Shown here one piece after another: positions 45,869 through 57,399 of a stretch of DNA of 64,000 nt. The notes under the pieces are model-generated. The model did not search any database. It saw only the letters and a program-made list of their open reading frames with translations, and was not told the origin of the DNA. This DNA is from an uncultured Gemmatimonadaceae bacterium (lineage in GTDB: Bacteria > Gemmatimonadota > Gemmatimonadetes > Gemmatimonadales > Gemmatimonadaceae): assembly GCA_963843845.1 (NCBI GenBank), contig CAWJMB010000002.1, forward strand, positions 1,088,001 through 1,152,000, given 5' to 3'. Each line of letters starts with the position of its first letter. Positions within the stretch are counted from its first letter, which is position 1. Position numbers and translations under genes: made by a program.

Positions 45869-47406
45869 GCGCGACCGTGCTCGGCGGACGACACGAGGCC
45901 GCGACGGGCGCGGGGATCAGCGACGCCGTCGCGCGGATCGTCGTCGTCGACGACGACCCGGGGATCGTGCAGAGTCTCACCTGGGTCCTCGAGGAGCACG
46001 GCTACGACGTCGTCGCGCTCACCGGCGGGGCGAGCCTGCTGAGCGAGCTGGCGCGCGACGACCTCGCCCCGCCCGATCTGCTGCTGCTCGACATCCTCAT
46101 GCCCGACGCGGACGGCATGCATCTCCTCGAGCGCGTGAAGAGCGAGCCGCGGTGGCACGACGTGCCGGTGCTCATGCTCTCGTCGGTGCCGCCCGAGGAG
46201 GCGACGGTGCGCGCGTTGGGCCTCGGCGCGGCGGACTTCATCCGGAAGCCATTCCGCGGGCGCGAGCTGATCGCGCGCGTGCAGGCGCAACTCCGCGCCG
46301 GCGCGATGCTCCGGGCGACCCGAGACGCGCTGCACCGCGCCGAGGACGACCTGCGCCGCGCGCGCGAGGAAGCCGACAGCCGCCGCAAGCTCGTCGACAT
46401 CCTGCACGAGGTCACCGGCGAGATCGGCGTGCACGAGGTCTACCAGGTGCTCGCACGGCGCGTGGCGCGCGCGCTCGCGGTCTCGCAGTGCTCGGTCATC
46501 CTCGCACGCCCCGGCGACGACGGGGGCACGATCGCGAGCGCCTTCGAGAACCCGAAGCTGCACGACGTGAAGCTCGCGCTCCGCGACTATCCGGAAGTGC
46601 GCGCGGCACTCGACGGCGGCGAGCCGGTGCTCCTCGCCGACGTCGCGACGAGCGACCTGTATCGCGGCCGCCCCACGCTCGACCTCACCGGCGCCGAGGT
46701 GCCGGTGCGCAGCGCGATCGCGCTGCCCTTCGCGATCGAAGGGGGGCAGACGGGCGTGTTCCTGCTGCGTCGCACGCGCGAGCAGCCGCCGTTGGGCCGC
46801 GACGACGTGTCGTTCGCGAGCGCGGTCATCAGCGCCGCGGTCGCCGCGGTGCAGCGCGCGCAGGTCATCGAGATGACGCGCGCCGACAACGTGCGCCTCA
46901 CGCACCTCGCGACGACCGACCCGCTGACCACGCTCCTCAACCGCCGCGCTCTCACGGAGAAGCTGCGCCGCGAGATGGAGCGCGCGCTGCGCGACGACTC
47001 GTCGGTCGCGCTGCTGCTCCTCGACCTCGACCACTTCAAGCGCGTCAACGACACCTACGGCCACCTCGTCGGCGACGACGTCTTGCGCGACATCGCAGGG
47101 CTGCTGCTGGCCGGCGTGCGCGGCGACGATTTCGTCGGTCGGTTCGGCGGCGAGGAGTTCCTCGTCGTCCTTCCCGACACCGACGACCCCGGCGCCGCCG
47201 CGTTCGCCGAGCGCATCCGCGAGCGGATCGACACGCACGCGTTCTCGGCGCACGACGCGGACGGCCAGCCGCTGCACATGACGGCGAGCATCGGGGTCGC
47301 GACGTTCCCGGCACCGGTCATCGAGAGCGTCGAGGACCTCTTCGCGCGCGCCGACGCGGCGCTGTATCGGGCGAAGGCGGACGGGCGGAACCGGGTGAGG
47401 ACCTGA
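45865..47406 (+). CDS. REC-GAF-GGDEF diguanylate cyclase
   Basis: Receiver domain VVDDD, LLDILMP, KPF. Central GAF-like domain. TDPLT, DLDHFKRVND, RGDD I-site, GGEEF. Confidence 0.92.
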   Translation: MSATVLGGRHEAATGAGISDAVARIVVVDDDPGIVQSLTWVLEEHGYDVVALTGGASLLSELARDDLAPPDLLLLDILMPDADGMHLLERVKSEPRWHDVPVLMLSSVPPEEATVRALGLGAADFIRKPFRGRELIARVQAQLRAGAMLRATRDALHRAEDDLRRAREEADSRRKLVDILHEVTGEIGVHEVYQVLARRVARALAVSQCSVILARPGDDGGTIASAFENPKLHDVKLALRDYPEVRAALDGGEPVLLADVATSDLYRGRPTLDLTGAEVPVRSAIALPFAIEGGQTGVFLLRRTREQPPLGRDDVSFASAVISAAVAAVQRAQVIEMTRADNVRLTHLATTDPLTTLLNRRALTEKLRREMERALRDDSSVALLLLDLDHFKRVNDTYGHLVGDDVLRDIAGLLLAGVRGDDFVGRFGGEEFLVVLPDTDDPGAAAFAERIRERIDTHAFSAHDADGQPLHMTASIGVATFPAPVIESVEDLFARADAALYRAKADGRNRVRT

Positions 47407-47445
47407 GCCCCCGTCCCTCGTTCCGCTCGGGACGACCGACGGAGC

Positions 47446-47898
47446 TCAGCGCCCGATGAATCGCAGCTCGACCATCAGGCAGCGATCCTGCACCACGTCG
47501 ATTCCTTCGCGCGCGAGTCGCTCGGCGACGTCGTCGTCGCGAATGCCGGACTGCAGCCAGACGGCCTTCGGGCGCTTCGCGACGATGTCGTCGACGTGCT
47601 GCGCGACGTCGCGCGAGCGACGGAAGACGTTCACGAGATCGATCTCGCCCGGCACGTCCGCGAGTCGGCGATAGACCGGCGCCCCGAGGATCTCCGTGAC
47701 GTCGGGATAGTAGACCGGCACCGGGACGATCTCGTAGCCAGCCTGCTGCACGTAGCGCGGCACATAGTACGCCGGCTGTCCCGACTCGGCCGTCTTGATG
47801 CCGAGCACCGCCACCCGGCGCGTGCGCTCGAGCAGCGCGCGGAGTGCATCGTCACGCGTGATGAGGTGCGAGCGCCAGTCGTCAGTGTCTGTCGTCAT
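47446..47898 (-). CDS. CoA-binding protein (YccU-like)
   Basis: RVAVLG, IDLVNVFR, AVWLQSG, VQDRC. Confidence 0.9.
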   Translation of the reverse strand: MTTDTDDWRSHLITRDDALRALLERTRRVAVLGIKTAESGQPAYYVPRYVQQAGYEIVPVPVYYPDVTEILGAPVYRRLADVPGEIDLVNVFRRSRDVAQHVDDIVAKRPKAVWLQSGIRDDDVAERLAREGIDVVQDRCLMVELRFIGR

Positions 47899-48029
47899 GT
47901 AGGGCGCTCATGCGAAGACCGTGCTACGCGCCCCATTCACCGGCCCGGTCGCGCTCGGGGCGTTGGCGCCCCTTCGCTCCGGCGCGTTACCTTTGCCGCT
48001 CTCCACCGCTCGCCAGAGGCTCGTTCTCC

Positions 48030-49205
48030 ATGCGAATGCTCGTCCTCGGCGCGGGGCTGCAAGGTGCGGCCTGCGCGCTCGACCTGCTCCAGAATCCCGA
48101 CGTCGACGTCGTGCGGCTCGCGGACCTCAACGTGTCGCGTCTGCCGGCGTTCCTCGCGCCGTACACCGACCCGCAGACCCTCGCCGGCACCGCACCGCGA
48201 CTCCTCCCGACCCCGCTCGACGCGAAGGACACGGAGGCGGTTCGTGCGCTCATGCGACAGAGCGATGCCGTGATGAGCGCGCTGCCGTACTACCTCAACG
48301 GCCCGCTGGCGCGCCACGCCATCGAATGCGGCGCGCACTTCTGCGACCTCGGGGGGAACACGCAGATCGTGTTCGAGCAGAAAGCGATGGATGGCGAGGC
48401 GAAGGCGGCCGACGTCTCGGTGATCCCGGACTGCGGGCTCGCGCCGGGGATGGTCAACATCCTCGCCCAGCACGGCATCGATCTGCTCGAAGCCGACGGC
48501 GCGCGCGTGACCTCGGTGCGCATCTACGTCGGCGGGCTCCCGCAGCAGCCGGAGCCGCCGCTGAACTACCAGATCGTCTACTCCCTGGAAGGGGTGCTCG
48601 ACTACTACACCACGCAGTCGTCGATCGTGCGCGACGGTGCGCAGCAGCCCGTCACGGCGCTCAGTGAGATCGAGGCCGTGGACTTCGGCGAAGGCCTCGG
48701 AACGCTCGAGGCGTTCCACACGGCCGGCGGGCTGTCGACGATGGGGCATCGGTACACCGGCCGCATCCCGACCATGGAGTACAAGACGCTCCGCTACCCG
48801 GGTCACGCGCAGATCATGGAAGCGATCCGCGACCTCGGCTTCTTCGGACTCGAGCCGGTCGAGGTGAAAGGGCAGCGCGTCGTCCCGCGCGACGTCGCGC
48901 TCGCCGTGATGGGACCGCGCCTCACGAAACCACACGGACGCGATCTCGTCGCGCTGCGCGTGGTCGTCGAGGGCGACGTCGGCGGCTCGACCGTCTCGCG
49001 CGGCTGGGAGCTGATCGATCGCTACGACGCGGAACGAGGCGTCAGCGCGATGATGCGCACGACCGGGTATTCGTTGTCGATCACCGGTCAGCTACAGGCC
49101 GCGCGTGTGATTCCGTCAGGCGTCTGCACGCCCGACGAATGCGTTCCGGCCGAGCGGTACGTGGCCGAACTCGCGAGGCGCGGCATCGCGATCACCGCGA
49201 TCTGA
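48030..49205 (+). CDS. Saccharopine dehydrogenase family protein (lysine 6-dehydrogenase-like)
   Basis: LVLGAGLQG, CDLGGN, DCGLAPG, GGLPQQPEPPLNY, YKTLRYPGH, SAMMRTTG. Confidence 0.88.
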   Translation: MRMLVLGAGLQGAACALDLLQNPDVDVVRLADLNVSRLPAFLAPYTDPQTLAGTAPRLLPTPLDAKDTEAVRALMRQSDAVMSALPYYLNGPLARHAIECGAHFCDLGGNTQIVFEQKAMDGEAKAADVSVIPDCGLAPGMVNILAQHGIDLLEADGARVTSVRIYVGGLPQQPEPPLNYQIVYSLEGVLDYYTTQSSIVRDGAQQPVTALSEIEAVDFGEGLGTLEAFHTAGGLSTMGHRYTGRIPTMEYKTLRYPGHAQIMEAIRDLGFFGLEPVEVKGQRVVPRDVALAVMGPRLTKPHGRDLVALRVVVEGDVGGSTVSRGWELIDRYDAERGVSAMMRTTGYSLSITGQLQAARVIPSGVCTPDECVPAERYVAELARRGIAITAI

Positions 49206-49248
49206 ATTCCGCGCTGTGCCCGTGTCGTCCTGATCCGGAGGAGCCGGA

Positions 49249-50823
49249 TCACCGCGAGAATGCCGCCATCGTCGCCCCCATCGCGTCGATCGTCGCGCGG
49301 GCGTTCCAGCGATCGCGCCCGTTGAACAGGAACGCGAACGCGAGCACCTCGCCGTTCTCCGCGGTCGTGTAGCCGCCCAACGCGACCACGTCGTTCGTCG
49401 TCCCGGTCTTCGCGTGCAGGTTTCCCTGCGCCGGGGTGGCGCGCATGCGGGCACGCATGAGCGCGGACTCCCCGGCGACCGGGAGTGAGGCGTGAAACGT
49501 CGACGCCCACGGCGCGCGGTGCGCGTAGCCGAGCATGTGCACCATCGCGCGCGGCGTCACGCGATCGAGCACGGAGAGCCCGCTTCCGTCGGAGACGGAG
49601 ACGGCTGTCGCCGGGACACCCGCCTTCGACGTGAGGAACTGTTGCAGCAGGGTGTTTCCCGATTCGGCCGAGCCTGGGGCGTTGCGCTGCGGGCCGCGGA
49701 CGGCGTTGCGAAAGATCAGTTCCGCGTAGTGGTTGATGCTCTCGCGATTCATCGTCGCGAGCAGGTCGCCGAGCGGCGCCGACTTGTGCGACGCGACGAT
49801 CGTTGCAGTCGGCGGCGTGGTGCCGACCCGCAGCGCGCCGTCGACGGTGATCCCTCTCCCGGCGAGCGCGGCGCGCAGCGCACCGGCGGTGAACGTGGCC
49901 GGGTCGGCCACGACGAGCTGGAGGCGCTTCACCGCGGCACGCCGACCGATGGTGCCGCGGGCGACGACGTCGCCGTCCGCCGAACGGTAGACGCGCAGTG
50001 CGGAGCCGCCGCCGCCCGACACGCGCACGGAGTTCTGCACCGTCATCCCGGTCGTGGCTGGCTCGAGCAGCACTCGGCCGTCGGGATGGATGGCCACGAC
50101 GACGATGTTCTCGTTCAGCGACAGCGCGGAGAACGGCGCCGCGTACCCCGAGCCGGCGTAGCGCGACAGCCATCCTTCCGGAATCGTGCGCGACTCGAAC
50201 GCGCTCGCGTCGGCGACGAGGTCACCGGTCACACGCCGCAGCCCCGACGCCGCGATCTGCTCGGCCAGCACCTGCAGCGGTGCGTCGAGGCCGCTTCCCG
50301 GCACCCACCGGCGCGAGAAGCCGGGGTCGCCGTCGCCGCGCATGTAGAGATTCCCTCGCAGTGTGCCATCGGTGCCCATCACGCCGTCGCGCAGCACGTC
50401 CGTGCTGAACTGCCAGTTCGGACCGAGCCGGTCGAGCGCGAGCACCGACGTGAACATCTTGAGCGTCGACGCCGGCACGCGCGGCTCGTCGGGCGCCATC
50501 GCGAACAGCGTGTCACCGCGCGTCAGCGAGACGACCATCGCCCCCCACTGCCCCGCGTCGCGCCGCGTGAGAATCGCGCCGAGGTCGCTCGAGAGCGCGC
50601 TCGCGCTGCGGGGCCGCGTCCAGCCAGGCGCCTGCGCGGCGGCCGGTGTGCGCGGCTGCGCCCGTCGTGTCGTCGGGCGGCGGGTCGTGCTCCGCGGAGT
50701 CGCACGCTTCGCCCCCGTCGACTGCTGCGCGAGCAGCACGCCATGCGCCAGCGGGTCGGGAACGAGAGCGCTCGCCGCGAGCAGCGAGGTCGCGAGCGAT
50801 CGAATGCATCGAGAGAACGTCAT
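49249..50823 (-). CDS. dacB: D-Ala-D-Ala carboxypeptidase/endopeptidase PBP4 (peptidase S13)
   Basis: PASTLK, GDGDP, ESIN, DGSGLS, AKTGT. Confidence 0.93.
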   Translation of the reverse strand: MTFSRCIRSLATSLLAASALVPDPLAHGVLLAQQSTGAKRATPRSTTRRPTTRRAQPRTPAAAQAPGWTRPRSASALSSDLGAILTRRDAGQWGAMVVSLTRGDTLFAMAPDEPRVPASTLKMFTSVLALDRLGPNWQFSTDVLRDGVMGTDGTLRGNLYMRGDGDPGFSRRWVPGSGLDAPLQVLAEQIAASGLRRVTGDLVADASAFESRTIPEGWLSRYAGSGYAAPFSALSLNENIVVVAIHPDGRVLLEPATTGMTVQNSVRVSGGGGSALRVYRSADGDVVARGTIGRRAAVKRLQLVVADPATFTAGALRAALAGRGITVDGALRVGTTPPTATIVASHKSAPLGDLLATMNRESINHYAELIFRNAVRGPQRNAPGSAESGNTLLQQFLTSKAGVPATAVSVSDGSGLSVLDRVTPRAMVHMLGYAHRAPWASTFHASLPVAGESALMRARMRATPAQGNLHAKTGTTNDVVALGGYTTAENGEVLAFAFLFNGRDRWNARATIDAMGATMAAFSR

Positions 50824-50872
50824 GCCGGTCGATCAGGGCAACACACGTTCCAGCGACGCGTCGGCGCCGGCG

Positions 50873-52168
50873 TCAGACCTTGAAGATGATTCCCCGTCGC
50901 AGCGCCGTCCGCAGCAGCAGGTAGAACGCGCCGACGAAGCAGAGCGCGAAGAGCAGCGACGCGTTGCGTGGCGCGAGCCCGAGCTTCACGAACGTCTGGT
51001 AGGCCACGTCGACGGGGGACACGCGCCGGCCGTCGTACGTCACGCGCGCGATCGAGTAGATGCAGCGCGCGACGAGTCCCGAGCCGACGAACGCGAGCAT
51101 GGGGTTCAGCCCGAACGGCAGGAACGGCGCCGTCCAGCGCGACCACCGCTGCACGTCGACGAGCCAGATGATCGTCGCCAGCGCGACGCTCGCCATGCCC
51201 GCCGTGAACAGCGTGTACGAGCTGGTCCAGAGCGACTTGTTGATCGGGAACGACCAGTGCCACATCAGCCCGAGCATCATCCCGAGCGCGCCGGCCGCGA
51301 ACATCCCGGTCAGCCGCTCGTGGATGTCGCGGTCGCGCCGCCCGAGCCACCGCCCGCACAGATTGCCGAGCATCGCCGTCCCGGCGGCGGGGATCGTCGA
51401 GAGCAGCCCCTCGGGGTCGCGCAGCCCGCCGCCGCCTGACCAGAGGTGGTTCGGTGTGAGCAGCGTGCGGTCGAGCCACGCGTCGAGCGTCGCTCCGGGC
51501 GTGCCCAGCGCGAGCTGCCCGACGATCCCGCTCCCCGGCACCGGCACGAGCGTCATGAGGAACCAGTAGCCGTAGAGCATCCCGGCGAGCAGCACGACCT
51601 GCTGCTTCACGGTCGTTCGCAGTGTGAGCAGGGCGGCGATCACGTACGCGACGCCGATGCGCTGCAGCACGCCCATGACGCGCAGATGCTCCAGCCGATA
51701 CACCACGCGGTCGGCGAACGCCGGCGTCGCGTTCCCCGGGATGTCCGTCCACTGAAAGCCGGGAAACCAGCTGAGGAAGAGGCCGAACAGGAAGATCAGC
51801 GCGCCGCGCCGCACGATCTGCCGCACGACGTCGCTCTCGTCCGCGCCCTGCATGCGCCGCGCGCCTAACGACAAGGACGTCGTGATCCCGGCGATGAACA
51901 GGAAGAAGGGGAAGATCAGGTCGGTCGGCGTCCACCCGTGCCACTCGGCGTGCTCGAGCGGCGGGTAGATCGCGCTCCACGAGCCGGGGTTGTTGACGAG
52001 CAGCATCCCCGCGACCGTCAAGCCCCGGAAGACGTCCAGCGACGCGAGGCGCTCACGACGCGGCGCGTCGGTCTGGTGGGTCCGCTGCGCGGTCGGCGGC
52101 GTCGTCGGCGTGGGGACGCGCTCGGTCGACGCCAGCCGGTCGTCGTGGGGCGGCACCATCGTCGTCAT
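50873..52168 (-). CDS. HGSNAT/NagX-like membrane acyltransferase (DUF5009)
   Basis: [47 protein letters not shown]. Confidence 0.9.
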   Translation of the reverse strand: MTTMVPPHDDRLASTERVPTPTTPPTAQRTHQTDAPRRERLASLDVFRGLTVAGMLLVNNPGSWSAIYPPLEHAEWHGWTPTDLIFPFFLFIAGITTSLSLGARRMQGADESDVVRQIVRRGALIFLFGLFLSWFPGFQWTDIPGNATPAFADRVVYRLEHLRVMGVLQRIGVAYVIAALLTLRTTVKQQVVLLAGMLYGYWFLMTLVPVPGSGIVGQLALGTPGATLDAWLDRTLLTPNHLWSGGGGLRDPEGLLSTIPAAGTAMLGNLCGRWLGRRDRDIHERLTGMFAAGALGMMLGLMWHWSFPINKSLWTSSYTLFTAGMASVALATIIWLVDVQRWSRWTAPFLPFGLNPMLAFVGSGLVARCIYSIARVTYDGRRVSPVDVAYQTFVKLGLAPRNASLLFALCFVGAFYLLLRTALRRGIIFKV

Positions 52169-52320
52169 GTGGTCGGCTCCGGGTCGGCAGGAGCGAGCGG
52201 AATGCGCATCGTCGGAAGCTGCCGGAGCGGTCGGACCTTGTCGAGGGCGCTCTTGCGCACGCTGGTCCGGGTCGCACATTGCGCCGGAGGCTCGCTCACC
52301 TACCAGGTACGGAGAGGCGC

Positions 52321-52817
52321 ATGCTCGAGCAGCATCGGACGCTACGCGAGGGAATCGTCGCCGGACTGCTCGGTGCGACGGCGGTCGCCGTGTGGTTTCT
52401 CGTCGTCGACACGATCGCTGGTCGCCCGTTCCTCACGCCGGCGATGCTCGGCGCGTCGCTCACGACGTTGTTCGGCGGGACGGGTACCGGGTCGACGGCG
52501 GCGTACGTGCTCGGCTACACCGCCTTCCACTGCTGGCGTTCGCGCTCGTCGGCCTGATCTTCTCCGCCGTCGTGAACAACGCCGAGAACGAGCCGTCGCT
52601 GTTGATCGGCTTCCTGATTCTGTTCGTGGCGTTCGAGGTCGGCTGGTACGGCTGGACGGCGCTGCTCGCGCGGCCGGAGAGCTTCGGGCAGCTCGCCTGG
52701 TACCAGGTGCTCGTCGCGAACCTGATCGCGGCGGGAGCGATGGGCGGGTACCTGTTCCGGCGGCATGCGACGTTGCCACGCCGGTTCCTGTCGTCGCTCG
52801 CCGGGGACGAGGCGTGA
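52321..52817 (+). CDS. Hypothetical membrane protein (one frameshift near 52535)
   Basis: [22 protein letters not shown]...YTAFH continues in another frame as LLAFALVG...[23 protein letters not shown]. Confidence 0.65.
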
Positions 52818-52827
52818 CGCGCGCCGG

Positions 52828-54611
52828 CTAGGTCCGGAACTCCTGCACCATCCCGTGCACGCGGATCGCCCCCGCCTGTAACAGCTCCGCCGTCGCCGAG
52901 ACCTGCTGCACACTCGCCGCCGTCTCCTCGGTCGACGCCGCCACCTCCTCGGCCGCCGCGGCGTGCGACGCGGCGGCATCGCGCGCACTGGCCAGCGCCT
53001 CCTCGACCGCGGCGAGCGCGGCGCGGTTGTCGGCGACCATCCCGTTCACCCGCGCCGAGGCGGCTTCGACCCTCGCGACCGCCTGCTCGATGCGCGCGAG
53101 CGCCGTCGTGGCGCCGTTCGCGACCGTCTCGGCGTCACGCAGTCGGGTGCGACCCGTCTCCGTGGCGGCGGTCGCGCTGGCGACGCGGGCGCGGATGCGG
53201 CGCACGTTCTCCGCGACCTCGTCCGCGGCGCGAGCGCTCTGCTCGGCGAGCGTGCGCACCTCCTGGGCGACGACCGCGAACCCGCGCCCCGCCGAGCCCG
53301 CGCGTGCCGCCTCGATCGCCGCGTTCAGCGCGAGCAGGTTCGTCTGCGACGCGATCTCACTGATGACCGACGCGAAGTCGTCGACGACGGCGGCCGCCTC
53401 GCGGAGCGAGCTCATCTCGCGCGACGACTCGTCGACGACGGTGCGGGCGCTCGAACAGCGCGTCGAGCGCGCGCGAGATCTCGGCGCGCGTCGCCGTCGC
53501 CGTCGTGCGGATGTCGCGCCCGGCCTGCTCCTGCTCGCCTGCCGCCCCGGCGATCGCGGCGCTCTGCTCGGCGAGCTGGGTCATCGCCGCGCTCGCCGAG
53601 TGCAACGCGTCGAGCTGGACGGCGGCGCCGGTCGAGATCTCGGTGACGGCGCCCGTCACGTGGTGCGTCGACGCGGCGGCGCCCGTCGCGCTCGCAGCGA
53701 GCTCCGACGCCGCGCCGGTCACCTGATCGGCCTCCTGCTGCACGCTCGCGAGCAGTGTGCGCAGGCGGTCGCGCGCGCCGTCGATCGCGTGTGCGAGCGC
53801 GAGGTACTCCTCTGCGGGGCGGTCGGCGGCCATCCAGTGCGCCAGGTCGTGCTCCTCGGTGGAGCCGAGCAGCGAGGCGGCGCGCGTCGACGCGTCGCGG
53901 AGGTCGCCGGCGCCGATCGCCGCGGTCTCCCGGCCGAACGCGGCGAGCGGGCGCAGTCACCGCGCGCGAGGTCGCCGCGCTGAAGAACGCCGCCACGGCG
54001 AGCGTCGCGGCGAGCACCGCGGCGAGGAGCAGCTCGCGCTGCCGCAGCTCGGCGCTCGTCTCCGCGTCGCGCACGGCCGTCCGCGTCGCGGCCGCAGCGC
54101 GCAGCCGGCCGAGCTCCTCCTGCACGGCGTCGACGTCCTTCGCGGTGGCGGCGAGCATGCGTCGCGCATCGTCGCCGCGGCCGAGCGTTCGCCACGCGCG
54201 CGCGACGGCGAGGCGCGCCTCGAACGCACTCTGGATCCGCCCGACGGACTCGAGTCGCTGCCGCTCGTCGCTCCCGAGCTGCTCGAGACGAATCGCCGAG
54301 CGGCGCAGCGCGTCGGCCTCCTCGACGAGGCCGACATAGCGCCGTTCGTCGGCGGCGTCACCCGAGTCGACGAAGCGCGTGCCGGCGACGATCTCGCGGA
54401 GAACCGTGGTCACGACCTGCTGTACCGTCTCGTACTCCTCGATCAGCTGCTCCGCGTTCGCCGAGTTGCGACGATTCGCGTCGCGGAGCGCGGCGACGCA
54501 GAGGGCGCCCGCGAGCGCGAGGAGACAGAGCGTCGCGCCGAAGCCGGTGCGCAGCAGCCCGCCGATCGTCCGCGGTCGGATCGGCTCGAGAACGCGCTCG
54601 GCGGCCGTCAT
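52828..54611 (-). CDS. Methyl-accepting chemotaxis protein (frameshifts near 53950 and 53455)
   Basis: TM-periplasmic-TM, HAMP-like region, signalling tip [36 protein letters not shown]. Confidence 0.85.
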
Positions 54612-55758
54612 CGTTCGGCGATCCGAACGCGACCGGCGATCGTGACGATCGACACCGATCGGTCGCGCGCATCGTGCTTCTCGTCGAACGCGATCGTTCC
54701 GGTGGCGCCGGCGATGCCCGGCGACGTGCGACCCGACGCCGGCGAGCCAGTCCCGGATCCGCGTGCGATCGCGCCCCACCGCGATGACCGCGTGGCCGAG
54801 CACGAGGGCGGCGTCGTAGGCGAGCGCGGCGCGCGGCGGTCGGCGCCTCGTGCCAGCGCGCGCTGGTACGCGGCGACGAACGCTGCCGCCTGCGCCGTGC
54901 GCGGCGCGCGCGCCGCGTCGTACGGTGTGGCGAACCTCGCGCCGGCGAACTCGGGCTGCGCGGCGAGCGGCGCGACCGCGTCACCGCCGACGAACGAGGC
55001 GGTCCCGCCGCCGCGTCGGTACGCGCGCAGGAAGTCGGCGGCGTCGTCGGCGCTGCCGGGGAACAGCACGGCGTCGGCGCCGTGCGCCGCGTGTACGCCG
55101 AGATCGCCTCCCATTCGGTGATGCCCGGTGACGTACGGGTCGCGCTGCACCACCGTGCCGCCTCGCGCCCGGAACGCCGCCACGAACGCCGCCGTCCAGT
55201 CGCGGCCGTACGAGTCGTTGCGGTAGACGATCGCCGCGCGGCGCGCGCCGAGCGAGTCGGCGAGGTACGCCGCGGTGGCGGCGCTGATCGCCGCGTCGCT
55301 CGGCGTGACGCGGAAGAGCCAGGGGCTACGGCCGGTCAGCGCGATGCTCGTCGCGGTCGGCGTGATCGCGACGAGCGCGCGCAGGCCGCCATGATCGAGG
55401 TCCTCGAACACCGGGACCGCGTCGAGCGTCCGGCCGCTCTCGGCGTCGCCGACGATGCCGACGACGGTCGGGTCGTCGCGCAGCAGCTGCGGCGACCTTC
55501 ACGGCGCTGCGACGTTCGTCGGTGGAACGCGTGTCACGAAGCGCAGCCCTGCCGACCGCGCGGCCACGTCGCTCGACGAGCGCCTCGGCGGCGAGCGCCG
55601 TGCCGCGCGCGATCTCCTCCATGCCGGCGCGCTGCGGGTTGAACGCGACGCCGATGACGACGGCGCCGCTGTCGGCGGACGACGTGGCGCCGCGCCTCCG
55701 CAGCCGCCGAGTGCGGCGGCGGACGAGCAGGAGCGGAGCAAGCGGGAAGGCGAGGCAT
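54608..55758 (-). CDS. LivJ/K-type periplasmic ligand-binding lipoprotein (several frameshifts)
   Basis: LGGC lipobox, AITPTATS, FRVTPSD, AAIVYRNDSYG, GATGTIAFD. Stop overlaps the MCP ATG. Confidence 0.78.
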
Positions 55759-55960
55759 GCGGCAGTTGAAGGCGGCGAAGGACATGGATCACGACAGACT
55801 CCGACTGCGCTCACGCAGAAACGCGGCGCGATCCAGCGCGCTTCACGCGTTGCTTGCTTCCGCCGGAACGCGCCGGTTAGGTTTGCGGAGCTTCACGCCG
55901 ACCTCGCCGGCGCCAAAGACCCGGAGGCGCCCCGACCTGTCGCACCTCAGGACGAATGGC

Positions 55961-57383
55961 ATGACGACGACCGACCGCCCGCGGCGGCTGGCCCTGCTCG
56001 CACTCACCGGAGCGGCTGCGCTGGCGCTGGCCGCGTGCAGCTCCACCGACTATCCCAACTCGATCTTCACGCAGAACACCGAGGTCAACACCGACGTCGG
56101 TCATCTGTTCAACCGGTTGTTCCTCTTCGGCACGATCGTCTTCGTGCTCGTCGAGGCGCTGCTCCTCTACGCGATCTTCCGCTTCCGCGCGAAGCCGGGG
56201 CAGGGAGAGCCGGAGCACGTACACGGCAACACGACGCTCGAGGTGCTGTGGACGGCGATCCCGGCGGTCATCCTCCTGTTCATCGCCGTGCCGACCGTGC
56301 GGACGATCTTCCGCACGCAGGCGAAGGCGCGCGCCGGGGCGCTCGAGGTCGAGGTGATCGGGCACCAGTGGTGGTGGGAGTTCAAGTATCCGCAGTACAC
56401 CACGACGCGCGCGAACGGCAAGGTCGACACGCTGACGACGGCGAACGAGATCTACTTTCCCGCCGGCCGCACGGTGAACTTCAAGCTCCGGACGGCGGAC
56501 GTCATTCACTCGTTCTGGATCCCGGCGCTGTCCGGGAAGCGCGACGTGATGCCGAACCACACGAACTACATCTGGTTCACGCCGGATTCGGCGCTCGGCG
56601 CGGCCGTGTGGAACGGGCACTGTGCGGAGTACTGCGGCGTCGTCGCACGCGAACATGAAGTTCCGCGCCTATACCGTCACCACCGAGCAGTTCGACAGTT
56701 GGACGCGCGGGCAGCTCGCGCTGGCGGCGTTCGGCGCCGCGCCCGCGGCTCCGACGACTCCGGCGCCGGGCGCAGCGACCGGCGACTCGGCCGCGGCGCG
56801 CGCCGTCTCGATGCAGGCCGGCGCGCAGCCCGGCCCGAATCAGCCGGCCGGGACCAACCCGCTGCCGGCTGACGCCGCGGCCCGCGCCGGCACGTCGGCC
56901 GGTTCGCCGACGCCGCTGCCCACCGCGCAGCAGGCGGTCGGTGCCGCGGGCACGATGGAGGCCGGATACACGTTCCCGGCCGCTCAGCTGACGACGCACA
57001 CGCGCGCCTACACGCCGATTCCCGACGGGCTCACGATCGACACGAACCTCAAGGGCGATCCGGCGCGGGGGCAGGCGGCGTTCCTCTCGTGCATCGGGTG
57101 CCACGCGATCCGCGGGAACCCCATCGCCGCCGGCGTGATCGGGCCGAACCTCACGCACGTCGGCTCGCGGAACACGATCGCCGCGGGGCTCTTCCCGAAC
57201 GACACGCGTCACCTCGCGCTCTGGATCAAGAACGCGCGGGCGATGAAGCCTGGTGTCACGATGCCGACGTTGGGCCTCGGTCAGTACGACCCGGTGACGA
57301 AAGCGCAGGCGTCGAAGGCGACCGGCGGCCTCACCGATCAGCAGATCATGGACATCGTCGCTTACCTCCAGGCGCTGAAGTAA
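55961..57383 (+). CDS. coxB: Cytochrome c oxidase subunit II fused to cytochrome c (caa3 type; frameshift near 56640)
   Basis: LAAC lipobox, LEVLWT, GHQWWW, DVIHSFW, CAEYCG-SHANM CuA ligands, CIGCH heme c, MP distal Met. Confidence 0.92.
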
Positions 57384-57399
57384 CGGAGCACCGAGACTC

